From: an uncultured Pseudomonadales bacterium
GTDB taxonomy: Bacteria > Pseudomonadota > Gammaproteobacteria > Pseudomonadales > UBA7434
Direction: 5' to 3'
Assembly (NCBI GenBank): GCA_905478995.1
Contig: CAJQKT010000086.1
Location: 3,284 to 67,283 of the forward strand
DNA: 64,000 nt
The notes beneath the pieces were generated by a model. It ran no database searches. It worked only from the letters and a program-made list of their open reading frames with translations, and had not been told where the DNA came from. Positions within the stretch are counted from its first letter, which is position 1; each line of letters starts with the position of its first letter. A program made the position numbers and the translations under genes. This document shows positions 40,411 to 51,234 of this stretch, in pieces.

Positions 40411-41211
40411 ATGAAATTTGCTTCGCTGGGTAGTGGTAGTAAGGGTAATGCGCTTATTGTGTCTAGTGGGGATACCCATGTATTGCTCGATTGCGGGCTG
40501 CCGCTCAAGCAGCTAGAGCCTGCCTTGGCGCGTTTGGGTTTGTCTGTTGAGCATCTTGCCGCTGTGTTTATTACACACGAGCATGGTGATCATATTCGGG
40601 GTTTGCGCGGTTTAATACGTCGTCAAAAAATGCCGATTTATATGACAAGAGGCACTGCGTTAGGTGCCGACTGCATGCATTTACCCAATCTGAATTTCAT
40701 TCAAGATCAGCAGCAAGTGGCAATTGATGCTTTGTGCATTAATGTTGTGATTGTTCCGCATGACGCACGTGAGCCGTGCCAGTATGTTGTGAGCATGGTC
40801 GCTGATGGCGTGGCGCTAAGAAGCCTTAATGGTGCAAAAGATTCAAAACGATTGGGCTTGTTGACTGATTTGGGTTGCCAGTCGCAGCATGTTATTGATG
40901 CCTATGCCGACTGTGATGGTTTGGTTCTTGAATGTAATCATGATGTTGCTATGCTGCAAGAGGGGCCTTATCCTGCGTCGGTCAAACGTCGTGTGTTAGG
41001 TGACTGGGGGCATTTAAGTAACGTTCAGGCGCGAGATTTATTGGTGCAGTTGAGACCTGAAAAATTACAGTGGTTAGTGTTGGCGCATATCAGTCAGCAA
41101 AATAATTCGGTGCCACTGGCAGTCCAAGAAATTCAAAGCGTTTTCCCTGACCATGAGCGTCTAGTGGTGGCCGATCAAGACAATGGTTTTGATTGGTTGG
41201 AGCTTGTTTAG
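40411..41211 (+). CDS. MBL-fold metallohydrolase (YycJ/WalJ-like)
   Basis: SGSKGN, THEHGDH, PHDA, TDLG, LECNHD, GHLSN, HISQQNN. Confidence 0.92.
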   Translation: MKFASLGSGSKGNALIVSSGDTHVLLDCGLPLKQLEPALARLGLSVEHLAAVFITHEHGDHIRGLRGLIRRQKMPIYMTRGTALGADCMHLPNLNFIQDQQQVAIDALCINVVIVPHDAREPCQYVVSMVADGVALRSLNGAKDSKRLGLLTDLGCQSQHVIDAYADCDGLVLECNHDVAMLQEGPYPASVKRRVLGDWGHLSNVQARDLLVQLRPEKLQWLVLAHISQQNNSVPLAVQEIQSVFPDHERLVVADQDNGFDWLELV

Positions 41212-41399
41212 TGGCGCCTCTCTGATGGAGTTTGCACGCAAGTAAAACCAACGCGGTGGCAATATAATATTGCGCGGTGTTGGCGAAAAATAATAGTTAT
41301 GAGCGGGTGTTCAGGCTCAAAAGTTACCGATGTTCCTTCCCCTATTACAGTGACTCATTAAGGCGCAATGACGAATGCAGATAAGTTTTATGGCTGACT

Positions 41400-41669
41400 A
41401 TGAATTATTCTGAGCAGCGCAGTTCTGTACGCCTGCCCACCGAAGCTCGACTTGAAATTCATCACGCGGCATTAGGAGTCTTGAAACTCAAGGCCACTAA
41501 CGCATCATCGGGCGGCTTTTTTGCGATTAGAGGGGCTAGCGACTTGCCTCCTGCGGGAACGGTAGTTGATGTTTATATCAAGCGCTATGCTGGTATATTG
41601 CATCGGCAGCCGGCGCCCATGCGTGTTGTGTATGTTAATAACAAAGGGATGGGTTTGGAATTCGTCTAA
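41400..41669 (+). CDS. Stand-alone PilZ-domain protein
   Basis: RxxxR (QRSSVR), NxSxGG (NASSGG), C-terminal GMGLEF. Confidence 0.85.
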   Translation: MNYSEQRSSVRLPTEARLEIHHAALGVLKLKATNASSGGFFAIRGASDLPPAGTVVDVYIKRYAGILHRQPAPMRVVYVNNKGMGLEFV

Positions 41670-41767
41670 CCATTTTAAACAGCTAGCTTGTCCGCCTTAT
41701 TCGGTAAGCGCTCGGGGCATTAAACAACTTGCCGAATTTAACGTTTTAACACACAAGGTCAAACACT

Positions 41768-42613
41768 GTGCCGCGCAAATGCCATGTCGATATTACTCAG
41801 GCTCAGCCAGAGCAATGTGCTGCATTGTTGGCCCTGGCAGAGTGTGTTGAATGCGATGGCTTCAGTAGCGAAAGCCTTAGGCAGGAATTGCGGTTGGCCT
41901 ACGATTCTGCGGGGTGGAACCTGTACCTGCCCAATAATAAAGTGAGCGCGGCCGGCCAATCCAAAGTGGCGGTTGATTATGCGCAGCCGAGCTTTGCTCG
42001 TCGTTTAGAGGCAGACAACTTAAATCGAGAATTTGCCGTCAGGGCGGTTCGTGGCCGCAAAAAATCCGATTATCAACCATTGGTTTTGGATGCGACGGCG
42101 GGTTTTGGCCGAGATTCTTTTTTACTGGCAGCCAGTGGCTGCCATGTTGTGCAGGCAGAGCGGATTCCTGTGTTGGCGTACTTGCTCGAGCAGGCGCTAA
42201 AATCTGCAGTACGGCATTCTTGCAACAGGCAGGCTATGGCCGCCCAGCGCTGTCGTGTGGTGTGTGGTGATAGCGCAGCTCTTATGGCTGATTGGCAAGG
42301 GCCTGCTCCCGACATTATTTATTTGGATCCCATGTATCTCGATCCTAACAAGCCGGCAGCCCAAGGGCTTAAAGCCTCTGCGGGGGTGAAGAAAAATATG
42401 CGCGCGCTGCAATTGTTGACCGAAATATACGAAGAAAACTATCCTGCAGCGGCCATGGCTGTCAGCAATCAGGCGCTGTTTGCAGCAGCAACTTCACTAG
42501 CGCTATCAAAGGTCGTCGTCAAAAGAGCGCCGTCGGCACCGGTGCTGGCTGGTATGCAGCCCAGCTCTTGCTTGACGGGTAAGGCTGCACGTTTTGATGT
42601 TTACGCACTGTGA
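41768..42613 (+). CDS. rsmJ: 16S rRNA m2G1516 methyltransferase RsmJ-like
   Basis: LDATAGFGRD, YLDPMY, VKKNM, VVVKR, RFDVY. Confidence 0.85.
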   Translation: MPRKCHVDITQAQPEQCAALLALAECVECDGFSSESLRQELRLAYDSAGWNLYLPNNKVSAAGQSKVAVDYAQPSFARRLEADNLNREFAVRAVRGRKKSDYQPLVLDATAGFGRDSFLLAASGCHVVQAERIPVLAYLLEQALKSAVRHSCNRQAMAAQRCRVVCGDSAALMADWQGPAPDIIYLDPMYLDPNKPAAQGLKASAGVKKNMRALQLLTEIYEENYPAAAMAVSNQALFAAATSLALSKVVVKRAPSAPVLAGMQPSSCLTGKAARFDVYAL

Positions 42614-42712
42614 ATGGGCGAAAGACTAAAGAAAGGCGTATTCGGGCTGGAGGCGGCTTAAAAGCTAGCTTATAATGCGCCGCTTTTCGCAGTGAGCAGG
42701 AGAACATAGACC

Positions 42713-43816
42713 ATGGGTTCAGCGCATAAAGTACTAGCTGCCAGCAACGACTTGCCAATTCGAACGAATTTACCGGTGCACAGTGGCAAGGTGCGCTCGG
42801 TCTATTGGTTATCTGATGAAGATAGTCGTCGGTTGATAGCTGAGAAGGGCTATGCAGTAGCCGATGATGCGCAGTTGGCCATTATGGCAATCAGCGATCG
42901 ACTCTCCGCTTTTGAATGCATTTGGCATGCACAGGGCGGCATGGCCGGTGTGCCGGGTAAGGGTGCGGCACTCAATGCAATATCCAGTTATTGGTTTGCC
43001 CAGTTTCGTGAGCAAGGCCTGGCTAATAGCCATATTCTCGACATACCCCATCCGTTAGTGTGGATTGTGCAGCGCGCCAGGCCCGTTATGATTGAGGCGA
43101 TCGCGCGGCAATATATCACCGGCTCGATGTGGCGCTCCTATGCTAAGGGCGAGCGCGAATTTTGTGGCATCAAAATACCTGATGGTTTGCAACGCGACCA
43201 AAAATTACCTGAGCTGCTCATAACACCGTCTACCAAGGGTATTCTTACGGGCATTCCCGGTGTGCCAGAATCGGATGATGTGAATGTGACCCGCGCGGAC
43301 ATTGAAAATAATTATGCAGCGTTTAAATTTCACAGTACCGATGATATCGCGCGCTATGAAACGCTTCTGCAGCAAGGCTTTGGTTTAATTAGCGATAAGC
43401 TGGCACAATTAGATCAGGTTTTTGTCGACACTAAGTTTGAATTTGGCTACGTCACCGATGCTAATGGTGATGAGCAGTTAATTTATATGGATGAAGTGGG
43501 TACGCCTGATTCATCAAGAATTTGGGATGGTGAGCAATTGCGTGAAGGTAATATCGTCGAAAAATCTAAAGAAGGTTTTCGCCAGGCCTTGCTCAATTAT
43601 TTTCCAGATCCAGATATTTTATTAAATAAGTCCAGAATGCCAGAGCGCTTAGCGCTTGCACAAGATAATGCGCTTCCGGTAGAGATGATGCTTGATGTTT
43701 CGGCAACCTACACCTCCATTGCTGAAAAAATAACGGGTGAAAAGCTGCAAGTTTCAGAAGATCCAAAAGCGGAAATTATGGATATTCTCAGTGCTGGCTA
43801 TCAGCTTATTGTTTGA
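42713..43816 (+). CDS. purC: SAICAR synthase, long Vibrio-type
   Basis: [37 protein letters not shown]. Confidence 0.95.
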   Translation: MGSAHKVLAASNDLPIRTNLPVHSGKVRSVYWLSDEDSRRLIAEKGYAVADDAQLAIMAISDRLSAFECIWHAQGGMAGVPGKGAALNAISSYWFAQFREQGLANSHILDIPHPLVWIVQRARPVMIEAIARQYITGSMWRSYAKGEREFCGIKIPDGLQRDQKLPELLITPSTKGILTGIPGVPESDDVNVTRADIENNYAAFKFHSTDDIARYETLLQQGFGLISDKLAQLDQVFVDTKFEFGYVTDANGDEQLIYMDEVGTPDSSRIWDGEQLREGNIVEKSKEGFRQALLNYFPDPDILLNKSRMPERLALAQDNALPVEMMLDVSATYTSIAEKITGEKLQVSEDPKAEIMDILSAGYQLIV

Positions 43817-43932
43817 TGCTGGCTATATGCGTTCATTGAAAAATTGCGCGTCGATTGTAAACTGTTGAGACTTATGCCCGCTTCTAGTTATCGTTAGGTT
43901 GGCATTATATAGAAGGCTAATAGCGAGATAGC

Positions 43933-44547
43933 ATGGCAGGAAAATCACAGTGCATTACTAACTACGATAGCGCTGTGTTGCCCGATGCTAATGTTGATTT
44001 TTTTGAGCAATTTTATTCGTCTGCTCGTGCGCAAGACCTGTTTGATTTGCTCTTGAAAGAGCTGCAGTGGCAGCAAGAAAGTTTACAAATATACGGTAAG
44101 CGTCATCGGGTGCCTCGTCTATCCGCGCTCTATGGGGCGAGCAATGTGCAGTATACCTATTCGGGTATTGCGCATACTGCTTTGCCTTGGACATCAGCAT
44201 TGCTTGAAATAAAAAACGACCTCGAGCAGGCGACTCAAGCTAAGTTTAATAGTGTTTTGGCCAATTTGTATCGCAATGGCAGGGATAGCAATGGCTGGCA
44301 TGCTGACGACGAGCCAGAGCTTGGGAGCCAGCCGATCATCGCTTCGGTGAGCCTTGGTGCAACACGCGATTTTCAGTTCAAGCATCGGCAGTTGGCACAG
44401 CATAGCTACACTCAAGAACTATCGTCGGGTAGTTTATTGGTTATGGGTGGTGCCATGCAGGCGCATTGGTTGCATCAATTGCCAAAGCGCCTTCGTGTTC
44501 AAGACCCGCGTATTAATTTAACCTTTCGCTATATTCATAAAGCCTAA
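43933..44547 (+). CDS. AlkB-family 2OG-Fe(II) dioxygenase
   Basis: NLYRNGRDS, WHADDE, HQLPK, RINLTFR. Confidence 0.93.
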   Translation: MAGKSQCITNYDSAVLPDANVDFFEQFYSSARAQDLFDLLLKELQWQQESLQIYGKRHRVPRLSALYGASNVQYTYSGIAHTALPWTSALLEIKNDLEQATQAKFNSVLANLYRNGRDSNGWHADDEPELGSQPIIASVSLGATRDFQFKHRQLAQHSYTQELSSGSLLVMGGAMQAHWLHQLPKRLRVQDPRINLTFRYIHKA

Positions 44548-44555
44548 AGGGCGCT

Positions 44556-44798
44556 TTATTTTTTCGCCCACGGGCTTTTCTTGGTGAAGGTTGCAATATA
44601 CAGCGTTTCAACCTTAGTCCTTGCCCAGGGAGTTTTACGCAAAAACTTTAAGCTGGATTTTATTGAAGGGTCTTTTTTGAAGCAGTTAATATCAATTTTT
44701 TCGGCCAGTTTTTCCCAGCCATAATGATCGGCAAGTTGTGTAACAACCTGCTCGAGCGTGATGCCATGTAGAGGGTTGTTTTTTTGCGGCTGACTCAT
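44556..44798 (-). CDS. VF530/DUF2132 family small protein
   Basis: NPLHGITLE...[21 protein letters not shown]. Confidence 0.9.
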   Translation of the reverse strand: MSQPQKNNPLHGITLEQVVTQLADHYGWEKLAEKIDINCFKKDPSIKSSLKFLRKTPWARTKVETLYIATFTKKSPWAKK

Positions 44799-44991
44799 CG
44801 AAGAAAATTCCCACTGTATTGTGCTAATTAGAGCTGAGCGGATGGAGCTAGTTTTTTGTTGGTACAGATTGCGATTCTCTCAAAGCGAAAGTTTTTTCTA
44901 GCATGTGCACCGTATGAGTCAAGACAGGACGGCAAAATAGCTGCTTAGCTTGATGTTTGCCTTGGTTCGCTGGGCGGTCAGCGGTGTTGCA

Positions 44992-46137
44992 CTAACTTGC
45001 ATGTCGGGTCGGCTTTTTGCCAATAGTAACCAGGACATTTTGTGTGGCGCCATTGCGAAAAACACTAATATTGATCGTTGCCCCAGGGTTTGTTTGACCG
45101 ATTTTGTGCATGCTGGCATTGCCGCTGCCCATTTTCTCTCCGTCAATGTGGGTGATGATATCGCCGTTTAATAAACCTGCTGCATCGGCGGGCCCGTTTT
45201 TCACTAGGCCGGTGATCATCAGCCCGCGCTGGATATTTAATCCAAAATACTCAGCTTGCGAGGGGGTTATCTCTTCGCCGGAGATGCCTAACCAGCCGCG
45301 AGTCACCTCACCGGTATTAACTATTTGTTGCAGAGCATGCTGTGTAATATCGTTAGGAATTGCAAAGCCGATGCCGCTGGATTCGCCCGATTGCGAAAAA
45401 AGTGCGCTATTGATGCCTATTAATAGCCCTGCCGTATTAATTAAAGCCCCCCCAGAGTTGCCTTTGTTGATAGCGGCATCTGTTTGAATGTAGCTTTCGT
45501 AGGTGTTTAGGTTTAACCCATAACGACCGATGGCCGATACGATTCCCTGAGTAACTGTTTGACCAATGCCATAAGGGTTGCCAATGGCAAGCACTACATC
45601 GCCGATGCGCACAGAATTAGGATCGGCAATGGCAGCTGGCTGAAGGTCGTCGAGTTCAATCTTTAGCACCGCTATATCGGTCGCCAAGTCACTGCCAACA
45701 AGAATTGCATCTCGCTCGCGACCGTCATTAAGCATGACTCTAATGCGGTCAGCCTCGTTAATAACATGATGGTTGGTGAGAATGTGGCCATCACCGTCAA
45801 CAATAACGCCAGAGCCTAGTCCGCGGGTTATTTTATTCTTTGGCGTGATGGCGCGCTCACCTAAAAACCTGCGGAATACTGGGTCGTTAAGCAAGGGATG
45901 CTGCTGGGTGGCTATAACACGGGTAGTGTAGATGTTGACAACCGAAGGGATGGCTCTTGCAACGGCATCGGCGAAACTGGCGCGCTCGAGCATGGTGGGC
46001 GCCTGCATGCTGTCTAAATCCGATGAGGTGGGTCGAGAATGATGCTGCTGTAGTAGTCGCGCCTGCAGAATCACTACGGCGAGCATGATGCCAAACAGCA
46101 CCGGCCAAATGAACGGTTTGATTGAAAATTTTTGCAT
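44992..46137 (-). CDS. DegS/AlgW-type HtrA serine protease with one PDZ domain
   Basis: N-terminal TM, LTNHHV, TDIAV, GNSGG; position next to Nif3/zapG/zapE. Confidence 0.92.
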   Translation of the reverse strand: MQKFSIKPFIWPVLFGIMLAVVILQARLLQQHHSRPTSSDLDSMQAPTMLERASFADAVARAIPSVVNIYTTRVIATQQHPLLNDPVFRRFLGERAITPKNKITRGLGSGVIVDGDGHILTNHHVINEADRIRVMLNDGRERDAILVGSDLATDIAVLKIELDDLQPAAIADPNSVRIGDVVLAIGNPYGIGQTVTQGIVSAIGRYGLNLNTYESYIQTDAAINKGNSGGALINTAGLLIGINSALFSQSGESSGIGFAIPNDITQHALQQIVNTGEVTRGWLGISGEEITPSQAEYFGLNIQRGLMITGLVKNGPADAAGLLNGDIITHIDGEKMGSGNASMHKIGQTNPGATINISVFRNGATQNVLVTIGKKPTRHAS

Positions 46138-46281
46138 AAAGCTAGGTTATAACCCGCGCTGCGATTTAGGTAAGGTTTGTGAGTATAATCATACGCTCGA
46201 TGCATTATGCCTACGCACTCTCATTAGTCAAAAACAATGCGTCGCGACTCAATAGCCTAAATCCTAAATGCACCTATCAGC

Positions 46282-47064
46282 ATGCTTAATCTTGCGGAGC
46301 CCGCCTTGATGCTTGAGCTTACTCATCTAGTTACTTATTTAAATACGCTGTTGCAGGCGAGCAAAATACAAGATTATTGCCCTAATGGGCTGCAGGTTGA
46401 GGGCGCTGCAAACGTTCAGCGGCTGGTTGCAGGTGTTACTGCGAGCCAGCAACTGCTCGATGCAGCTATCGAGAGCGATGCCGATGCCATTTTGGTTCAT
46501 CATGGCTACTTTTGGAAAAACGAGCCACCGTGTATCACCGGTATTCGGCAGCAGCGGTTAAAGAAATTGTTGGTCAATGACATCAGCTTGCTGGCGTATC
46601 ATCTGCCTTTAGACATGCATCCTGAGTATGGCAATAATGTTCAGCTTGCAAAGCAGCTTGCTTGGTCGGTAGAAGCTGCTGCGCTGGTGCGCGGGCAGCC
46701 GCCGCTGGTTCGCAGTGCTGAGCTTGAGCAGGCGTGGACTGGAGAGCAGATGCAGCAGCATGTGCAAGCCCGACTCGGCCGAGAGGCCATGCATATACCT
46801 GCCGACCGCCCTATAAAGCGAATTGCTTGGTGTACGGGAGCGGCGCAATCATCCATTGGTGAGGCTATAGCGTTGCAGGCTGATGCTTATTTAACCGGAG
46901 AGGTTTCTGAAGCAACGGTTCATGAGGCGCGTGAAAACAATATTCATTTTTTTGCAGCAGGACACCATGCTACCGAGCGCTATGGTGTTAAGGCATTGAG
47001 CGAGCATCTGGCTCAAAAGTTTGATCTTGATTGCCAGTTTATCGATTGCGATAACCCAGCCTGA
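46282..47064 (+). CDS. Nif3-like dinuclear metal protein (YbgI)
   Basis: DYCPNGLQVEG, VHHG, YHLPLD, GHHATERYG. Confidence 0.95.
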   Translation: MLNLAEPALMLELTHLVTYLNTLLQASKIQDYCPNGLQVEGAANVQRLVAGVTASQQLLDAAIESDADAILVHHGYFWKNEPPCITGIRQQRLKKLLVNDISLLAYHLPLDMHPEYGNNVQLAKQLAWSVEAAALVRGQPPLVRSAELEQAWTGEQMQQHVQARLGREAMHIPADRPIKRIAWCTGAAQSSIGEAIALQADAYLTGEVSEATVHEARENNIHFFAAGHHATERYGVKALSEHLAQKFDLDCQFIDCDNPA

Positions 47065-47083
47065 CTCGGAGTTGGATGGCTTT

Positions 47084-47665
47084 TTAGGCTGTTGAGAGGT
47101 TAGGGGGGCCCTTGGGTTGGGCTGATTGATCGTTGGCAGGCGTGCCGTTTGGTGCGAATTGGCCTATGCTTGAGTCGCCTTCGTCGGCAGCGTTTTGCTC
47201 GTGCAGTTTGACCTTCTCTAGGCCGTATTCTTCCGATAAGGTTCCTGACTTGCTGGCTTGAGCTTTCGGCGCGTAATCGAGCGGTGGCTGGATGTGTGGC
47301 TGGCCTGCTGCTGAATTGTGCTGCTCCGCATTGCGTTCTTCTAGAGTGAGTTCAATGGCGGCCCCGGCGAGTAAAGACTGTCCGCTTGGGTCGCGACACA
47401 GCTGCTCAGCGCCATCGGCGAGATGATCATGAATATTTTTATATTGCCTTGTCAGGCCGTTTAGAAGGCTGGCAGTTTCTGAAAAGTGCTCGGCGACATG
47501 TCGCTGGTAGTCAGAATTTTTCTTTTCGGCTTCTTCAAGGGCTTTTTTGAGTGAGCGCACTTTCGTAGCCGAACTGCCCACCCTGCGATGAAGTCCGGCA
47601 CCCAATAAAAGTCCGACAATGGCGGCAGTCATACCGACGAATATGACAAAAGTTGTTTCGTACAT
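47084..47665 (-). CDS. zapG: YhcB/ZapG (DUF1043) family protein
   Basis: N-terminal TM, coiled coil, VAEHF..TA.LL, PPLDYAPK, GTLSEEYGL. Confidence 0.85.
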   Translation of the reverse strand: MYETTFVIFVGMTAAIVGLLLGAGLHRRVGSSATKVRSLKKALEEAEKKNSDYQRHVAEHFSETASLLNGLTRQYKNIHDHLADGAEQLCRDPSGQSLLAGAAIELTLEERNAEQHNSAAGQPHIQPPLDYAPKAQASKSGTLSEEYGLEKVKLHEQNAADEGDSSIGQFAPNGTPANDQSAQPKGPPNLSTA

Positions 47666-47900
47666 AATAGTAGAGCCTCGCGTAGAGTATAAAAGTATAC
47701 GCGATTTTCGGTTGTCTACACTACAGAATTGACTGGAGTTTCATGCTCAATAGTTATTTTATTGCTGTCAGAGCTCGCGAATTCCTCAGCATGGAAGTGA
47801 TAAGGTTGTTTTGCTGGAATTACTGCTCGGTATTGGGCTGGGCGGCATTGCCAAGGTGGCGGTATTTTTCATTTCAGATTAACAGAGTAAGTTTTTACGC

Positions 47901-49055
47901 ATGAGTGCAAATATCCAAATGAGTCCCCTGGCGCGCTATCGCTTAGATCTACAGCAAGCCGATTTTAGTTTTGATGCGGAGCAGCAAAGCGCGGTTGAGC
48001 GGCTGGAGTGTCTTTATCAGCGTTTATTGCTTAGTCATGCGGCAGAGCAATCCGGGTTTGTCCGATTGCGTCGCCGGTTGCAATCACGTCTTGGCTTTTC
48101 TCCGGCGGTAATGAAGCCTGAGCGTGGCTTGTACCTCTGGGGTAGTGTGGGACGTGGTAAAACCTATTTAATGGACATGTTTTATGAGGCGTTGCCTCAT
48201 GAACAAAAGCGGCGGGTGCACTTTCATCGCTTTATGCGCGAAGTTCATCGCGATTTGGCGGCGCTGCAGGGTGTAAAAAACCCGCTCGAGCACGTTGCTA
48301 AAAAAATCGCTCGGCGTGCGAGCGTGCTTTGCTTTGACGAATTTTTTGTTTCTGATATTACCGATGCCATGTTGTTGGCGGGCCTGCTCGATTCATTGTT
48401 TGCTCTGGGCGTGTGCTTGGTGGCAACATCAAATATTGATCCAGATAATCTTTACCAAGACGGTTTGCAGAGGCAGCGCTTTTTACCGGCTATTGGTTTG
48501 CTAAAACAGCATACCGAGATATTCAATATTGACGGTGATATCGACTATCGCTTGCGAGCATTGGAGCAGGCGCAGCTTTATTACGCACCGATTGATTCCT
48601 CTACAGAGGAGCAGATGCTGCATTGTTTTCAGCAGTTGGCGCCTGTTGGCGGCAGGCAATTTATATGCGTTGAATCGAATGTGCCCTTAGATATTGAGGG
48701 CAGGCTGATTATGGCCAAGCACCTCACTGACGATGTAGTGTGGTTTGAGTTCAAGGAATTGTGCGATGGCCCGCGGTCGCAAAACGACTACATTGAATTG
48801 GCGCGTGAATTTCATGCGGTGCTGGTCAGTAACGTGCCGCAAATGAATCGCCACTCTAGCGACCTGGCGCGACGTTTTATTTTGCTGGTCGATGAATTTT
48901 ATGACCACGGCATCAAGCTGGTTATTTCGAGTGACGTTGATATTTTGTCGCTTTATGTGGGCGGTCCCCTAGCGTTTGAGTTTGCCCGCACATCGAGCCG
49001 CTTGCAGGAAATGCAGTCCCACGATTATTTGGCGCTTGCGCATCGGGCTGAGTAG
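47901..49055 (+). CDS. zapE: Cell division ATPase ZapE (AFG1 family)
   Basis: GSVGRGKT, HFHRFM, CFDEF, RRFILLVDEFYD, SRLQEMQS. Confidence 0.96.
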   Translation: MSANIQMSPLARYRLDLQQADFSFDAEQQSAVERLECLYQRLLLSHAAEQSGFVRLRRRLQSRLGFSPAVMKPERGLYLWGSVGRGKTYLMDMFYEALPHEQKRRVHFHRFMREVHRDLAALQGVKNPLEHVAKKIARRASVLCFDEFFVSDITDAMLLAGLLDSLFALGVCLVATSNIDPDNLYQDGLQRQRFLPAIGLLKQHTEIFNIDGDIDYRLRALEQAQLYYAPIDSSTEEQMLHCFQQLAPVGGRQFICVESNVPLDIEGRLIMAKHLTDDVVWFEFKELCDGPRSQNDYIELAREFHAVLVSNVPQMNRHSSDLARRFILLVDEFYDHGIKLVISSDVDILSLYVGGPLAFEFARTSSRLQEMQSHDYLALAHRAE

Positions 49056-49172
49056 CCCATTTGCAGCAGGCTTAATAGGCTCAAAAGTGCTGCTCACCTA
49101 GGTGATTTAACCTTGGTGACTCCTATGCAATGCTGGCTTTGTACACGTATATGAAAAATAACTCATAACCTA

Positions 49173-49201
49173 TTGCGTAAGGCGGTTCTAGGCTGTAGTA
49201 T
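49173..49201 (+). promoter_or_regulatory. Sigma-70 promoter of rplM-rpsI
   Basis: TTGCGT-17 nt-TAGTAT followed by a GC-rich stretch (TCGCC). Confidence 0.6.
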
Positions 49202-49277
49202 TCGCCATCCTTTTTTACCGCTCTGCTTGGCCCTTGGGCAAGTCTGGTGGGAACCCGTTTCGAGGCTTTACAGACCG

Positions 49278-49706
49278 ATGAAAACCTATAGCGCCAAGCC
49301 TGCTGATGTACAACATGACTGGTATGTTGTTGATGCAACTAACAAAACTCTGGGCCGTATGGCGAGCGAGATCGCTCATCGCCTGCGTGGTAAGCACAAG
49401 GCTGAGTACACGCCGCACGTCGACACCGGCGATTACATTGTGGTTATCAACGCCGAAAAAGTCGTTGTGACTGGAAATAAAACCAGTGACAAAATGTACC
49501 ATTCGCACACGGGTTACCCCGGTGGCTTGAAGTCGATCTCTTTTGAGAAGCTGATTGAAAAAGCGCCTGAGCGGACCATTCAAGGTGCAGTGAAGGGCAT
49601 GTTGCCAAGAAATCCCTTGGGTAGAGCCATGTTCAGTAAGCTAAAAGTTTATGCTGGTGCCGAGCATCCGCATACCGCCCAACAGCCCCAGATTCTTGAA
49701 CTGTAA
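49278..49706 (+). CDS. rplM: 50S ribosomal protein L13
   Basis: MKTYSAKP...[15 protein letters not shown]...HTAQQP. Confidence 0.99.
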   Translation: MKTYSAKPADVQHDWYVVDATNKTLGRMASEIAHRLRGKHKAEYTPHVDTGDYIVVINAEKVVVTGNKTSDKMYHSHTGYPGGLKSISFEKLIEKAPERTIQGAVKGMLPRNPLGRAMFSKLKVYAGAEHPHTAQQPQILEL

Positions 49707-49741
49707 TAGTTCCCGAACTGCTAATTACGAGTCTTTAGATT

Positions 49742-50134
49742 ATGCCAGCAACTCAATACTACGGAACCGGACGTCGCAAAACTGCAGCGGCACGCGTTTA
49801 TCTCACCGCCGGTAGCGGTGCTATCACTATAAACAAGCGCCCTATCGATGAATTTTTTGGTCGTCAGGTAGCGCGTATGATTGTGCGCCAGCCACTGCAA
49901 CTGGTTGATGTTGAAACTAAGTTCGATGTCAATGTCAGCGTTGAAGGCGGCGGTAGTTTTGGTCAGGCTGGTGCAATTCGTCACGGCATCACCCGTGCGT
50001 TGCTAGCTTACGATGAAGCGTTGCGACCTGAGTTGCGCAAGGCTGGATTTGTTACTCGCGATGCACGTGAAGTTGAGCGTAAAAAAGTAGGCCTGCGCAA
50101 GGCGCGCAAACGCCCACAGTTTTCCAAGCGTTAA
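49742..50134 (+). CDS. rpsI: 30S ribosomal protein S9
   Basis: YGTGRRK...GQAGAIRHG...RKRPQFSKR. Confidence 0.99.
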   Translation: MPATQYYGTGRRKTAAARVYLTAGSGAITINKRPIDEFFGRQVARMIVRQPLQLVDVETKFDVNVSVEGGGSFGQAGAIRHGITRALLAYDEALRPELRKAGFVTRDAREVERKKVGLRKARKRPQFSKR

Positions 50135-50162
50135 TCTTTTTTCAGCGCTGTTTTGGAACTGC

Positions 50163-50193
50163 AAAAAAGCCCGCCGTTTGTGCGGGCTTTTTT
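50163..50193 (+). terminator. Rho-independent terminator after rpsI
   Basis: AAAAAAGCCCGC-cgtttgt-GCGGGCTTTTTT. Confidence 0.92.
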
Positions 50194-50305
50194 GATTTGA
50201 ATATCGGCGGTACAACGGCTTTGAGTTGGGGCTGCCAGTAATAGGGTTTATGTGCTGCACAAGTGCGCTACACCTGCGGAATTACTTGCAAAAGTGCACA
50301 ATTCT

Positions 50306-50334
50306 CTGACAAAGGCGGCGGATTAAATTAAAAT
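50306..50334 (+). promoter_or_regulatory. Putative sigma-70 promoter of the pet operon
   Basis: CTGACA-17 nt-TAAAAT about 300 nt upstream of petA. Confidence 0.45.
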
Positions 50335-50637
50335 CTGCGCCTGCTTTCAGCGGTGTCTCTCCGGCGCCCCGATATTTCTTTTCTCACTGCAGTTGAGTGT
50401 TCAATATGTTTTTGCGCTAACACGCCAACGAGCTGGTTTTTAGTGCGCGTAAATCCTCGGCACAGCAAGATTATATTGAGCCAAGATAGGCTGTAGGCTG
50501 TATAGATACTGCGGTAGTTGTATTGTAGTGTTCGGCGGGAGTGAACTGTACGAACAAATCAGTGATCGGCATTGCTCGGTCACCGCAAGGCACCAGTAAG
50601 TAGTTAGGTAAGGTTAAAATATTTTGGGAGATACATC

Positions 50638-51234
50638 ATGAGTAGCGATGTGAAGAACACGGGCCGCCGCCGATTCCTCACCACGGCAACCTCTTTGGTT
50701 GGCGTAGCGGGAGTGGTCGGAATTGCTGTGCCTTTTGTGGGCTCATGGAATCCGAGCGCCAAAGCAAAAGCCGCGGGTGCACCGGTTAGATTCGACTTCA
50801 GTAAAGTCGAGCCGGGTCAGTTGGTGCGTGTTGAATGGCGAGGCCAGCCGGTATTTGTTGTGCGTCGTACGCAAGATCAGCTCGACGGTCTAGCGGCGAT
50901 CAACCCCGAACTCAAAGATGCTGACTCGGCCAATGTCGATCAGCAACCGACGTATGTCAGCAAAGAAGATCGCGCAATTAACAGCGAATACTTGGTGTTG
51001 GTGGGTCTTTGCACGCACTTAGGGTGCTCGCCTAAATATATCACCAAGCTTGATGCCGCAGCGCCAGCACCTGATTGGCAGGGCGGCTTTTTTTGTGCCT
51101 GTCATGGTTCGCGCTTTGATATGGCTGGGCGAGTCTACAAGGGTTCGCCTGCTTCCGATAATCTTAAAGTACCGCCATATTCGTTTGAATCTGATCGCGT
51201 CATGGTAATTGGTATTGATGGAGAGATAGCGTAA
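50638..51234 (+). CDS. petA: Rieske iron-sulfur subunit of the bc1 complex
   Basis: Tat-like RRRFL, CTHLGC and CACHGS boxes. Confidence 0.97.
   Translation: MSSDVKNTGRRRFLTTATSLVGVAGVVGIAVPFVGSWNPSAKAKAAGAPVRFDFSKVEPGQLVRVEWRGQPVFVVRRTQDQLDGLAAINPELKDADSANVDQQPTYVSKEDRAINSEYLVLVGLCTHLGCSPKYITKLDAAAPAPDWQGGFFCACHGSRFDMAGRVYKGSPASDNLKVPPYSFESDRVMVIGIDGEIA

Noticed and set aside
36093-44547. ogt and the AlkB-like gene as an adaptive-response cluster
   Set aside because: They are about 7 kb apart with unrelated genes between, and no ada or alkA is present
49173-49277. N-terminal extension of L13 in the ORF track
   Set aside because: It covers the promoter and leader; the conserved start is MKT at 49278
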